A stretch of DNA of 63,898 nucleotides from Octopus bimaculoides (lineage: Eukaryota). The position numbers and the translations under genes were made by a program. This document shows positions 28,450 to 43,000 of this stretch, one piece after another; within the stretch, counting starts at the first letter, position 1, and the number at the start of each line of letters is the position of its first letter. Location of the stretch: positions 52,268,895 through 52,332,792 of the forward strand of contig NC_068999.1 in NCBI RefSeq assembly GCF_001194135.2, in the 5' to 3' direction. Below the pieces are notes generated by a model. That model saw only the letters and a program-made list of their open reading frames with translations. It was not told the origin of the DNA and ran no database searches.

Positions 28450-28948
28450 TTGTCTAGACATCATGTGATAGTTGCAAATGAGCATCAGGATCTTATAAGT
28501 AAGGTTGTTCCGTCTCAGTCTTCCATGCAAAACATGTCTAGCTCTGGGAAAATATTACCTTATATGGAAACAGGTGAGGACTGACAACAGGAGCATCTGG
28601 CTGCAGAAAATCTGCCTCAACAAATTTTGTCTGACTCATGCAAGCATGGTAAAGTGGTTGATTAATGATGATGATAATGATGATGATGGGATACCAGAGG
28701 GGGGAAAAAAAAAAGTTTTGCATAGAAATAAAATAATGAACGTTTACTTACATTAGTATCAAGGTTTTCATAGAATTCAGATATATTCTTTACAATGGAA
28801 TTATTATCTGCAGTATTGTGTAACACAATTGAATACAATTGTGCAGCATGTTCAGTCATGTCATCTTTGGTTGAACAAGACAGACGCTAGGGAAAATCAA
28901 AAAGAACATATATTACACACAAATTTCAATATACACACATCTATTATC

Positions 28949-28984
<36 letters not shown>

Positions 28985-31900
28985 GAGTTTCTATTGTTCT
29001 ATTTTAGCTCGTTATGCCATGTGGGCAAAGCCTGAGGATCGTGTGAAGGCATTAGATTTGTTATAAAATACTGTTTGAGTTGTTTTCATCGCATGAAACT
29101 ATTAGTAGCTCATAAAAATATATACTGTGTTTATTAAATAATATATAAATATATGTATATACATACATGTACAAGATCAATTTTCCAGACACTGATGGTT
29201 CAGAACCTCTTCTAATTGGCACTAATTTAAACTAGTGTGCAAGTACCTGTATTTCATTTAATTGTTTAAATTTAAGGCGGTGGCTGGCAGAATCGTTAGC
29301 ACACTGGGCAAAATGCTTAACAACATTTTGTCCATCTTTGCGTCCTGAGTTCAAATTCCACCAAGATCAACTTTGCCTTTCATCTTTCGGGGTGGATAGA
29401 ATAAGTACCAGTTGAATACTGGGGTTGATATAACCAACTTATTCCCTCCCACAAAACTGCTGGCCTTGTGCCAAAATTTGAAATCGATATTTGTTCAATT
29501 CAGAATGCACTGACCAAAGTGACAACTCCTGGCTTAGAAAAATTAGTAATCTAGAAAGGCTTTGGAACCAAAGGTTCTGGGAAATCATTGCTGTACTTGT
29601 ATATTAGGCTAATCAGACTGCATATTCTGTTATCAACCTCAGAGAAATCTCAGTCATTCAAGACATGAATCTTTAGTGAACAGTACTTGAAAAACAGGAA
29701 AATGCAATGCCACAATAAATATTGATTTCAAATTTTGGCACAAGGCCAGCAATTTCGGGGGGGGGGGGATAAGTCAGTTACATTGCCCCCAAAAGGATGA
29801 AAGGCAAAGTCAACCTCAGTGGACTTTGAACTCAGAACATAAAGACAGACGAAAAACTGCTAAGCATTTTCCCTGGCATGCTAACAATTCATAGCAGCTC
29901 ATCGTCTTCCAGCAATTGTTACGTATTGTGAAACAAAATGCTCTTTTGTATTGACAACAGCAGATTTTATATAAAAACTGTCTAGCATTATCATCGCATT
30001 GATTTACTTTTGTCAGGTAAACTTAAATTATGTTACTTTACGCTCACCTTTATCCAGTCGAGTTGATTAGAGAACAAAGAAGCAAGGTATGTTGGTGCTC
30101 CTGCTACCACTTCTAGTAAACAGTACATGAGACGTCCATCTATGTAAAATATAAACATACAACAGCATGAGCAACAATGTGGAGCAAGTCAAATTCATTA
30201 TATATAATCACTAAAATAAACACCAGATATTAAAGAAAAGGACTGGAGGGGGTAATATGAAAAACTAAAACCCTTTAAGGTGATGCTCCAACATGGCCAC
30301 AGTTTAACTCTTGAGCAATATAAATATTATTTTGATAACTATTTCTGAATCTGGTAACTAACTTTAGAAACACATTAAGAAAGTTGACTTCTTACCTCTA
30401 ATAGAGGGTAGCAATTGCTGTATAAGGTTGATATACATGTACACAGGACCATCTAGCTTATTTGGAAGACTGGCTCCTTCATCAAGTAGCTTGATCACAT
30501 AACAACTAATTAATGGTGCCTGCTGCTGTTGAATGTTACTGGCTGATTCTTCACTATCTACGTTTTCTACAGCACCTGCGTTGTTAGCCAAACACATCCT
30601 CAAAAACAAAATGATCTGAAATTTGAAAGAAAGGCTTCTGTTTAAAAAGAAATGAGAGCTGGAGTGTCTGATATTATCAGGAAAGTAAATTTGTGTGGAG
30701 GAAAGAAATCAAAAGTATGAAACCCCCTAAATCCGTGGTTCTCAACTGGGGTCCCAGCAAGCAAAATAGTAAATTGAGGATATACGGTAGTATTTTATGG
30801 GTCTGTGTAAAAATTTTGCTTCAAATGTATTTATTTAAGTTTCTTTCTCTAATGTTTTACATAGTTTAACACATTTCCAGTCATTGAAACATGTCCTCTC
30901 AAAGAGTTCTATTGCAAACATACACAAGTGAATGGGTGAAAAACAATAGGAATTTTGAAAAAAATATCTATAAAACTAGTTTTTAAACATTGAATAACTA
31001 CGGGGATCCACCAGAGAAAATGGTAATCAAAGGGGTTCCTAGGCTAAAAATGGCTGAGAATCTCCACTCTAAATGGAGTGAAACTATGAAGAGGATATTT
31101 TTTATGACATTTAGGGTAATCCCAAGCTCAAAATTTTGGAATAAAATCCCAATTCTGTGAACCACAATAATGGTTAGATGGTTGTGGTTAAGTTATGCGT
31201 TACTTAACAAATTTGATGTTTCCACAGTAGAGGTAAGAAATAATTCTGGTTCCAGGGCTCATAACAAGTGTAAGAAATTAGGGAACAGCTCCCATACTAG
31301 ACAATAAATTATTTGCTGTCTGTTGAGGTTTTGAATCCTATGACATAAAACACACACACACAGCATGACAAGAGAGAGAGCGAAAGATAGAATATCAAAC
31401 TAATAACAGTATTCTTAGATTTCAACTGGTAAATTCCACAACTCTTTTCAGGTGTCATACTTCTCTATACTATAGTATAGCATATGAGAGCACTGGAATC
31501 GTGTAATAGGAATTAAGATACCTGGTTTCAATCCTAGCCTAGAAAAGTTTACTTCAGAAACAAAACACCAAAATATGATGTGTGTAGATAAGAGTATACG
31601 ACATTTAATGCAGGGTAGAAACACATAAGATTAGGTTTATAGCCAGATAAATGCATGCTACTTTTGATTATTTAACCATTTAGCATTCAGATTACTTTGT
31701 CAAATGTAAAGCTTATTTCGTGTATGGAAATCCTAATCAATATATAACAAATGCTGTACATTTGTTTAAATAATTAAAAAGTGCCAGTCACATGGCATGC
31801 ATGAGTTTTATATGAACTTGTCCGATTTTTTCTATATATTGCAATTAAAGTGAACAGGAACACATAATTGATTTCATCGCTACAGCATCACGGTTGATGT

Positions 31901-34900
31901 TACCCCTTCTCATACATTCTGCTGTTGGTTGTGCTTCTGCTATGGCAAGATAGAAATTCACAGTTTACAGCTATTGGATCCTTGTTCTTCTACCAGTGCT
32001 TATAAAATAAGCAAATTACAAAACTTGACAGCTTATTTATTCACAATGCTTTGAATTAATCCTGCATTATCTTGTAGCTTTGATATTTCAGTGATGTGAT
32101 TACTTATTTTTAGAATGACATTGTAGGGTAGGTGTGAGAAGCTGGATCTAGCCAGTTTGCATATAAAACGGGTGGAATATTTTGAGCTGGATGTGGCCGA
32201 TTTAAATGCTAAAGGGTTAAAAATCTATAAAAAGGAAGTAGAATGAAAAATGTAACTTACCTGTGTAAATGCTTCAGGTGAGAAAGGTAAGGTTTGATTG
32301 CCAATGACATAACCAACCTTTGATTCAATTTTCTTTTGAGCCTAAAAAAAGATGTGATAGAAAATATGTTCACAAATCTAAAATCTCTATTTACAGGCGA
32401 AATATACATAGAAGATGTTTGGCCCCATGCAAAAACTGCAGGTGTTACTCCAAGTTCAAACACATGAAAATATAAACATTTGAAGACCCACTTAACTGTT
32501 GCCAGAATAGAAAGAAATCTAAAAATGAATAGTTTAAAAACAAATGAAATACAAGACAAGAAATCTGAAAAATTGATTTAAATGATGGAAGATTTCCATT
32601 TCTTAAATCTGTGATGACATTGAGAAGCTTCAATTTCAATTTTACATTCAGGATGCCATAAGATTAGTTTCTTATATATGAAAGAAACCAGATAAGAAAA
32701 TAAGATGACAGAGGAATAAATGATTATCTTATAAACTTCATTAGCTTACAGTAGTTTCTGCTGTAAGATGCAGTGGACTCATACTTGAATGCCAGAGTAA
32801 CACCTTACAGCTTCATTGGAGCCTCGAATATGAAGTACAGGTTATTTGGGAAAAGAATTACATTTATGAACATATATAGGAAAAAGCATGAAACCTGAAA
32901 TTTTTAAAGAGGAAATGAAATGGGGACTTATATATGACTAAGAATACAACATCCACCTTTGAAGTAGATGCCAGTCCACTGCAGAGTTAACCACCACTCT
33001 CCAACTATCACCAATACTCGTTTGCAGCTAAGTGAACTGAAGTAATGTAAAATGAAATACTTTGCACGTAGTGCTACCCCATCCGAGAATTGAACCTACA
33101 ACCAGGCAATCACAAGCCCAATGACTAAACCATAACACTTAGTGCCTTCACTGTGACATATATCAACCTTAGCCCAAAGCATTAATATATATGTGAGGTG
33201 GAACAATTATTTTAATTTAATACTGTTTCTATTACATTTAATGAATTTTCATGCTTAATTAATTGCACTCTCATTACAGCAGGGGTTCAAGATGGCCAGA
33301 ACCACAATGAATTAAACAAATAAAAATCTACATTATACTTTGTCACACATTTACCTTGTCTTACATTCAGAGGGGGAAAAAAATTTCTGTAAAAAAAAAC
33401 AGAGAGAAAAAAAAAAACCTACAGTTTATCAATTATGTACCTTATCATGAATATATTTGACCATTTCACAGAAGCTTGGGAGAACAAATTGTTCTTTGGT
33501 CTCTTTCTTACTGTACTGTTTTGTCAAATGCAACGTCTTCATGGCTTCATTTCGAATGTCTTCTTTTCTGTAAGAAAAATAAAAGAAAATGTTTATGGTG
33601 ACTACAAAACGAAAAATATTTTGCAATATTGAGCAAAGATTAGTCCTGTAAAGAGATTTTTATGCTGAGTAAAGTGTAGTGTAATGGTAGATAGGATAGA
33701 ATGTCTTTTGATATTTAGATAAATTTCTAAGCTGTTCTGAGTTCTAATCCCACCAAAAGTAGCTTAGTCTTTTAATCTGATCCTTCTATTCTCATCATTT
33801 AGTATAGAGCCAACCCCTTCAATACTGCTCTTGATTCCATTGAGGGAGTCTTGTCTTCCAAATAACATTGTGACCTCATTAGTGCTAGTGTCACATAATA
33901 AGTACTCTTTTTAGATAAGTGCAAGTTAAATTTTTATAGAAACAACTAAAGAAAACAAGGACTTATATAATAAAATTATACTGGACCTTAGCAAACCACC
34001 AATCATATTTTCTGCTCACTGATAACACAATATACTACACATACTCTAACTCCAAGATTTTTCTGAAAATGTGTTTAAAATACAAGTATTGTACCTGATT
34101 TAAATATTTTATTTCTAAGTAAAAACATGAACCCTCTAAACACACAGCACTCTCCACAACACTTCTATGTGAGAATTCACTATGCCTCCCAAGCAGGTGC
34201 TCCTGCTAGAGTTAAAAATCTCTGGCTTAGATCATGATGGTAATACTGCTGACAGTGATGATGATGATGATGATGATGATGATATCCAACTTACACATCT
34301 CCAGTTGCAAGCAAGAGAACATATCTTGATGGTATGTGGTCCTCAGGAAACACAGATTTGGCATACTGTACTGAAACTGCTCGAGCTTGGAACATTTCCT
34401 GGGGAAGTAAAATGGTAAAGCATGATCTCAGAAGACTACAAGTTGGGCAATGTACAACAACACAAACAAACATACATCTTAATATAGCTTAAACCTCTAA
34501 GCACATAAATAACTAACTTCAGCGCCATTTTCTCCATTTAACATTCAGCATAGGTTGGACAGTTTGACAGGAGCTCGCAAACTAAAGGAGTGCACCGAGA
34601 TCCAATGTCTGCTTTGGTATGGTTTCTACAGCTGATGCCTTTCCTAATGCCAGCCACTTTACAGAGTGTACTGGGTGCTAACTTATAAATAAATAATATA
34701 AATGATGACATGGTGCTGGTCACATCAAAGTTTACATAATTTATTTCAATAGATATGTAAATGAGCAACAAAAAACAGCAACAAAACAAATAAAAAAATT
34801 TAAAAAGAGCCATCAAGTTAGATACCTCTTCAATGTTTTCCATAATGAGTTCTTCCATTAATTTCTTGTTCTCTTCATTTTGGCCTTTAAATGCTGATGC

Positions 34901-37900
34901 CATCAAACTCAAAGATTCTTGGACAGCAAGACGAATTTCAGATTCTTCCTAATTATAGAAAAATAACAAACAATAATATTGAGATTATCTAAATTAAAAT
35001 CTTTCATCAAAATTTCATGTTATTTATGTTCTAAACACCAGTTTAATAATAAAAACAATGATTTTACTAAATTCTTTGTAATTTTCAAAATTTTTTGAAA
35101 CAAAGGTGGTGTGTTTCAACAGAAATAAAAGGTTAAATGATTTAACAAGAGTTTTGCAACTTGGAAAATATTTAGATTCTAAACAGTTTAAACTAACTCA
35201 ATAACAAAGCTAAAATCTACAAAAAAACTAGAATAAAAAAATTCTAAAATATTTACTTAAAAAAACCAAAAAAAAAACCCCCATCTTTTCAATATTTAAT
35301 CATGAACGATTTTCATGTTCAATTTGTCATGAATTTCAAAAGTTGAATATTAAAGATAACAAATGCTGACAGCAATAGTAAGGAAAAATGAATTACATAC
35401 TGTGCAAACAGCTTCAAAAAACTGCTTTATCAAAGCTATATCATTGGCAACAAGGTTTGGGCACCTCTTTATAATTTTCCCTATAGCAACATAGGTAAGA
35501 GCACGCAGTTTATCATCCTGCAAAATAGAAAGAACAGGTAATAAACCAAAAAGCAAATTTAACAAATAATATTTTCATAACAGAATCAAGTCCTGTTGTG
35601 TCTTGGGAGAATCATTATGCCAATATTAATAACACACACTGGTTTAATTCCACTTCTTTATTATTAGTCAGTTCGTTAAATATCAAGCCAACTAACTTTC
35701 ATTTATTTAACCTGTTGATTAAAGAGGCAATCGTTTATTTATTTATTTATTTATTTTTGCTGTTCATCAAAGTTCTTTTGTTGCTAAAAAGATTGTGAAT
35801 GATAACAAAGAACTTTGACAAACAAAACAGAAAAGAAAAACAAAAAAGATTGACTATTTAACTAACAATTTAAACAAACAATTGATTAGTTAATTGGTTA
35901 GATATTTAACCAACTGACTAATAATAAAGGGGTGAAATTGAACCGGTGCATATGTTATTAATATTGGCATAATGACTTTCCAAAGACACAAAATTTGTTT
36001 CAACACACGAATTCACATAAAGAATCTTGCAAGCCAAATACAAAAATGAAGTAGAACCAAATCCCTTATTGAGATATTTGTGTAATATGACATGTGAAAA
36101 TCTTTCATGAACACATACTGTGATAACATCTTCCACAAAGTCGATGGACAAAGAAAAAAACAACAATAATTTAGGCAGAAGGTCAGTGATTTTGAAGAGA
36201 GGGAGTTCAGTCGACTATATCAACTCAATATTTGACTGGTACTTTATTTTATCAATGCTGGAGGGATGAAAGGCAAAGTTGACCTCAGCAGGATTTGAAG
36301 TTAGGTCATAGGCTTCCAAAATTGGCAGTACAGCCCCATTGGGGGTGATGGAAAGATCCAGGGGGGTAATAATGGAGTGATGGATGTAAAAACAATAAAA
36401 TAATGGGTTAATTAGGTTAAGCTTTATTTGTGAAATGCAGTCTAGTACATCAATGTTACCTTAGAAAAAGAGACTTATAAAAATGACAAATGCATTTAAT
36501 TTACCTTCGAACTTTTTAGAACTTTTACCATACTAGATAACAATTCTGCACTTATTGGTTTGAAAACAACATCTGATGCACTGCAATGAGAGAAATAATT
36601 CATAATAATATTAAATTTAAAAAATTATTAAAAAAATTGATATACAAGTAAAATGAGAAATGACTGACTGACCCAAGTATATTACTGGTACTTATTTTAC
36701 TAAGCATAGAGTCATGTTTTGGAAAGATTTGAACATCTACCTCATAGATATCACTAATATTTTTGTTACTGACTCTCAGGGGGAATGAAGGATAATGCTG
36801 ATCCTGGTGGGATTTGAACTCAAAGTCACTATTGTAAATCTTTTGATTCTATTGCCTCTGAACCCTCACCATATTTCTGCAGAGAAATATCACTGGAATC
36901 CTGGCTTAAGCACCCCATATAACAACCCCTATAACTTATTTGTTTTTTTTTAATTTTCAGAAAATTTTTGAAAATTTGTGTCCTACACATGGAAATTCAT
37001 ACGATAATGCAAAAGAAATTTTTGTGTGTGATTTAAGAATGATTTAGCTGTTGTTTTTAGCACATCTCACAACCACCTGATACCTTTTCTGTTTCTTTGT
37101 CACTCTGACATGTATTAATGTTTTACAATATTTTTCTCCTCTAAACACATTTAATGAAGCACCCAATTTTGAAATTATAAACAGAAATAAATGGCACATT
37201 CGGACTGTGTGTATATAAGATCCATGACAAAACAAAAAATTTTGATAATGAGTGAAAATTTTAGGATTTGGCAGGGGAGGTGAAGAATTAAAAAAAATAA
37301 ATTTTTTTCTTTCTTGCATAATTGTACGAATTCCCGTGGGTTGAGCATAAATTTGCAAAAATTTTCTGAAAATTCCCAAAAATAAAAAAGTTATGAGGAA
37401 TTGTATTGGGGTGCTTAAATCAGAACTCCACCATCCATATCTACTGGAGATTATCTCTCTTACACCATGCATCATTAGACACCTGTTCTTAAGAGCTTCG
37501 GTGAAAGCAATATTGTTGCCCTTGACATCAACAAAACAGTCAACCGTGACACTGAATGAGAAACACTACAGCTAAGTCGCCTACCTATGGTATCCACTTG
37601 CCAACTAAGTACCAATATTCCCCCCCCCCNNNNNNNNNNNNNNNNNNNNNNNNNNNNNNNNNCCCAATGAGTATAATCTCTATTCCAACATCAAGGTGTA
37701 ATTGGAATGATGGCAGAATGTGAACTCTTTCAAACATTTTTTACTCGCTTCAGTCATTGGACTGCAGCCATGTTGGAGAAGAGCCATGAAGGGTATGGTT
37801 TATTAATTGCTCCCAGGAATCAGTCCATCATTTTTACTAAACCACTAAGTTGCTAAACAAACTAACACTTATTGTTAAGCAGGAGATGGAGGGATACAAA

Positions 37901-37926
37901 CACAAAGACACATACACATGTGTGTA

Positions 37927-37960
<34 letters not shown>

Positions 37961-39559
37961 CATCATCATCATCGTTTAACGTCTGCTTTCCCTGCTAGCA
38001 TGGGTTGGACAATGCTAGCATACTCAATCCAAACATGATCGAGCAAGAAAAAACATGAAAAAACAACAACGCGAGGATGTGGTACACGTAATGTGTTATN
38101 NNNNNNNNNNNNNNNNNNNNNNNNNNNNNNNNNNNNNNNNNNNNNNNNNNNNNNNNNNNNNNNCATACATACACATGTATATGTATATATGTATGAATGT
38201 AGACAGGTTTCCACAGTTTCTGTCTACCAAACTCACTCACAAGGAATTGGCCAGCCTAGGGCTATAGTAAAAGACACTTGCCCAAGGTACTATGCAGTGG
38301 GACTAAATCTAACCCTATGTGGCTGCAAAGCAAGCTTCTTAGCCATACAGCCATGTCTAGAGAGATCAAAAGTATCATAATTTCATCGTACCATGAAGAA
38401 ATGATATCATTTACAAATTCCTCATTACCACAACTAATCTAAGAGCAAGTAAGACTCCAGATGCTAGTAACTAGCTCTGGATTCAGTAGTATCAAATAGA
38501 TGCGAGATAAATCCCCTACCCTGTAGAGTGGAAGCTGGTCCAGTCTAGGAAACTTCCCAAGAACACATGGAAGCTTATTCACATTGTTTTGAATTAATCA
38601 TGCATTATCTTGTAGCTTTGAAATTTTGATAATGTGATTGATTATTTTTACAATCACATCATCATAGGTAAAAGTGCCAGAACTGACCAGTATGAATGTA
38701 AAACAGGTAGAATATTTTGGCCAAATATGGCCAGTTTAAATGCTAACGGGTTTAGAGTTCAAACCTTAGAAATAATGAAACATCTATCAACCTGATGAAT
38801 ACACATCTATCCCAATGGTTCTTGACCAGGAGCCATACAAGATTTTGTTTTTAAAATTAACATGTAATAAATTGGTTATACTTCTGCAATACATAAAATA
38901 TTTTAATTTTTTTTAATACAATTCCTTATAATATTTAATTATAAAAATATTACAGGAGTTTTTAAACATCAAACAGCTATGGGGGTCCACCTGAGTAAAA
39001 TAGGAATCAAAGGGATACATAGGTAAAAAATGGTTAAGAACCACTGATCTGTCCAGTCATTCAACATGCTAGTAATAGCAGCCAAATTTCCCTCAAATCA
39101 CACTTTACCATCTAAAACAAGAAAGGGCACAAAAGACAATGTAACTCTGGCTAAGAGAAATTTTATTTTCTTGAAACACTCCTCAGCAGGGGTCTGAGCT
39201 GATACTAAAGGAAAAAACAATCTCACAATGGACAATGAGCCATTGCTACAATAACTCATCCACTTGTACATCTCAAAATATTGGTCAGCTGAAATATTAG
39301 AAAAGGGAAAGGCAGGCAGTGGTTCTGGTGATTAGTCTTACTTACTTGTAGCACACATGGTGAACGAGTTCTACAGTCATCAAACTTAGGCGGGCATGAT
39401 TGTTGGATGCAAACAGGCAGTGGAAAATCACCTAAAAGTCAGATAAAACGAGAGCATTATGACCTTTCCAGTATTACACAATATTGTGTGTGTGCAATGG
39501 AACTGAAACCCAAACCATGTGGGTGGGAAGCGAACTTCTTAACTAGAGCCACACCACAC

Positions 39560-39598
<39 letters not shown>

Positions 39599-39842
39599 TC
39601 ATCATCATCGTTTAACGTCCGCTTTCCATGCTAGCATGGGTTATATATATATATATATATATATATATAGGTGAGAAAGTTGGTATGTGAAAGCACGTGG
39701 TTGGATGTATAAAAGATAATAAGAGTGAAAAAACTACAGAAGGCTTGTGTTACATGGTTAAAGTATACTTTAACCATGTAACACAAGCCTTCTGTAGTTT
39801 TTTCACTCTTATTATNNNNNNNNNNCTAGAGCCACACCACAC

Positions 39843-39876
<34 letters not shown>

Positions 39877-40019
39877 GGTGAGAAAGTTGGTATGTGAAAG
39901 CACGTGGTTGGATGTATAAAAGATAATAAGAGTGAAAAAACTACAGAAGGCTTGTGTTACATGGTTAAAGTATACTTTAACCATGTAACACAAGCCTTCT
40001 GTAGTTTTTTCACTCTTAT

Positions 40020-40056
<37 letters not shown>

Positions 40057-43000
40057 AACATACACACAAAAGATTAGGGTTCAGGTGAACCAGGCACTTA
40101 AATGGTAAGGTACAGAGTTGGGTCAAAATTAAAATGCATACACAAAAAAGATAGACGAATACATACACAGGTACCAACGTACCAGCAGTAAGATGTTCAG
40201 GTTATGTATACGATTAATTGAACTTAACTGAGCTTGGGCTAATCAAGAATATACACACACATATATATACATACATAAGTAATTATTTTAGACTTTCGTA
40301 TACACCTGGTAGTATGCCTATTTAAAGCATGTTCACTGTCTGTGGCTACCTGATGTCATCAACAGTATGGATATAAATGTCACTGGATTTACTTCAGGAA
40401 TTCCTTTGTGCCCGTTGTGTATATAACAAAAGAGAGATTAATTATATATAGGTCCACTACCAATATAAAAAAATTGATTGTATCCATTCCATGTCATTCT
40501 AAACTATGAAACCCTGTATATTTCCAGCTACAGGCAAATAACAAAATACATTATAATCAACCCAAGCAAAACTGAGTTTATTGAGCAAAGGACCTTTTGG
40601 AGAGTCACCTGATGAGACACATCTGCACCAAAGAATGCACCACAGCCAGTTGCCCAGAATCTTACCCACGAGGGGCTGATGCAGGACGGGACAAAACAAT
40701 CATTGTGATTAATAAAGAATCTCATGAATTCCATTTTCTCTTTGTCAGTGGGACTGAACCTGAGACTACCAGGTTGGGAAGCAAGCTTCTTAAACACACA
40801 TCCATGTCTGTGCTTATTGGTGATGACAAACCATTGGTAAACTGCTTAAGATACTTGAAAAAAGAGTTTTAGAAAGTCATGCCTACCTGTATACAAGCTG
40901 GGAAGACATTTGTGGCTTCTCTTGACTTGAGAAAGTACGGGAATATCTTCAGCCGTATCCGGGTACTGGCTGGAGTCTTCCTACATTCTGGTTTTACTTG
41001 GCTTTCCTTTTAAGAGACAGAAAAGATAAATGTTATTTTATGTTTTTTACAAGCTGTCATCATCGTCATCCTCATTTTATGCCTACTTTTCTGTTTTACA
41101 GGTCAGATGGAATTTGGTGAAGTAGATCTTTTTTTTTTTTTTTGTATAGCTGGATCCTTTCCTGTTGCTGACCCATATTTGTTTCCAAGCAAGGAAATAA
41201 TTCCCCATGGAAGACAGGAAACAAACAACATTACTTGTACAGCAATGCTGCTCATTTACAATCATTATAATAATGTCAAGACAGGGGTAAACACACACAC
41301 ATACATACATATCCGAGGGTCAAGACAGGGGTAAACACACACACATACATACATACATATCCGAGGGGCTTCTAAGTCCACTCTGCTGAGTGGTTGGTTT
41401 TAGTAAGGGCAAAAATAATATCAATAAACTTACTTTTCCTTTAATAACTGTAGTTCCAAGAAATATAGAAAACAGTTTATTCATAATGACCAAGGAATTC
41501 CAGTTAATACTCCTGAATATTAAGTAAAAACAAAAAGTAATAAATAACTGAAGAATTTCAATGAATATCCTTTCACTACTTTATTCACAACACTTAAATA
41601 TTAGCCATATTTACTATTAGTATTTGACTAAAGTTGTAGCAAAAATGTGACTAAAGAATAAGACAAATACAGACTTTAGAATCTTTGGCTTTTGTAGTTG
41701 GTTTGCAAAGTTCTTGATGTGAACTAGTGTGTTGAAATAGATTTTGCTATTTTGTTGTATCTTGGGAGGGTTATTACGTCAATAATAAAACCATGCACTA
41801 ATTGATTGTTTGATCATTTGGTCAATCAATTAGCTAAGTTTGTCAGACAGGGAGTAGAGAAGACAAGTCATTGATGAGGTAGCAAATGGCAATGAAAGGA
41901 CTCTGACAAACCCAGCTGGCTGATCGATTGACCAAAATGATTTATAAAATAATTATATTGATTGGGTAAATGGATAACCATTGACAAATAACAATAATAA
42001 AAGAAGTGAAACAGAACCAGTGCATGTGTTTATCATTGGCATAATGACCCTCCCCTGAATAAAGACAGTTTTTTAAAATCATTCAGTTGATCAATCTATC
42101 TTTTATTTGTTTTGGTCATTGGACTGTAGCCATGTCCGGACCATTGTCTTGACAGTTTAGTCAAACAAAATGACCCTGGTACTTATCTTTTTAAAATAAG
42201 TACTATTTTTTGAAGTCTGGTACTTATCCTATTGGTCTATTCTATTTACCAAACTGCTGTTATGTGGATGTAAACAAACCAACATTGACTGTCAAGCAGT
42301 GACAGAGAACACATGCACACACATACATAAGTATAGACTAATCTTTCAACTACTCTAAACATTAGGATTAATAGTTTGAACACTATATTAATAGAATGTC
42401 TGGAATGCAATGGAGACAACAAGGTTGTCAATAAAACTACTACTTACCCCATAACTTTTTTCAGTTCCATATCTCCAGCTGTTGCTATGCTATAGGGGAA
42501 ATAAATAGATAAACATACAAATGAAGAAGGTTGGCGTGGTGATGATGATAATTATGATGGTTTCCAACATTGATCCAAAGCACACATTTTAGGGGTACGA
42601 ACACAAACAGTTCCTGACATGCTTATTTTTATTAACTTTGAAAAGGATGAAAGACAGAGTTAAACATGACTGGAACTTGTATTGATAATATTGAGAGTGG
42701 TTGGTGGTAATAATATTGATGGTGTTGGCAGTTAGACTGCAATGTTGAAATTGTCAATGGAAGACTTGGCAACTGGAATAATAGGAAACAGATAAATTGT
42801 TGTGATTGGTTGTGGTTATAGGTATTAGTGTTGGAGGTAGTAGCTTCTGTGGTAATGACTTTGGCAGCAGTAGTTTTAGCAATGATGGTGGTGATGGCTG
42901 CAGAGTGAAGTTGGTGACTAGAAGGCATTTAATATTCAAAAACTGAATGAAAAACATCACCTAGTATTTATGAGGGGCATTTCAGAAGTTTTGAGACATT

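Noticed and set aside
34820-34825. Donor GTATCT resembling the U12 GTATCC consensus
   Set aside because: Mismatches at +6 to +8 (GTATCTAAC vs GTATCCTT) and no clear TCCTTAAC branch point; treated as a weak U2 donor.
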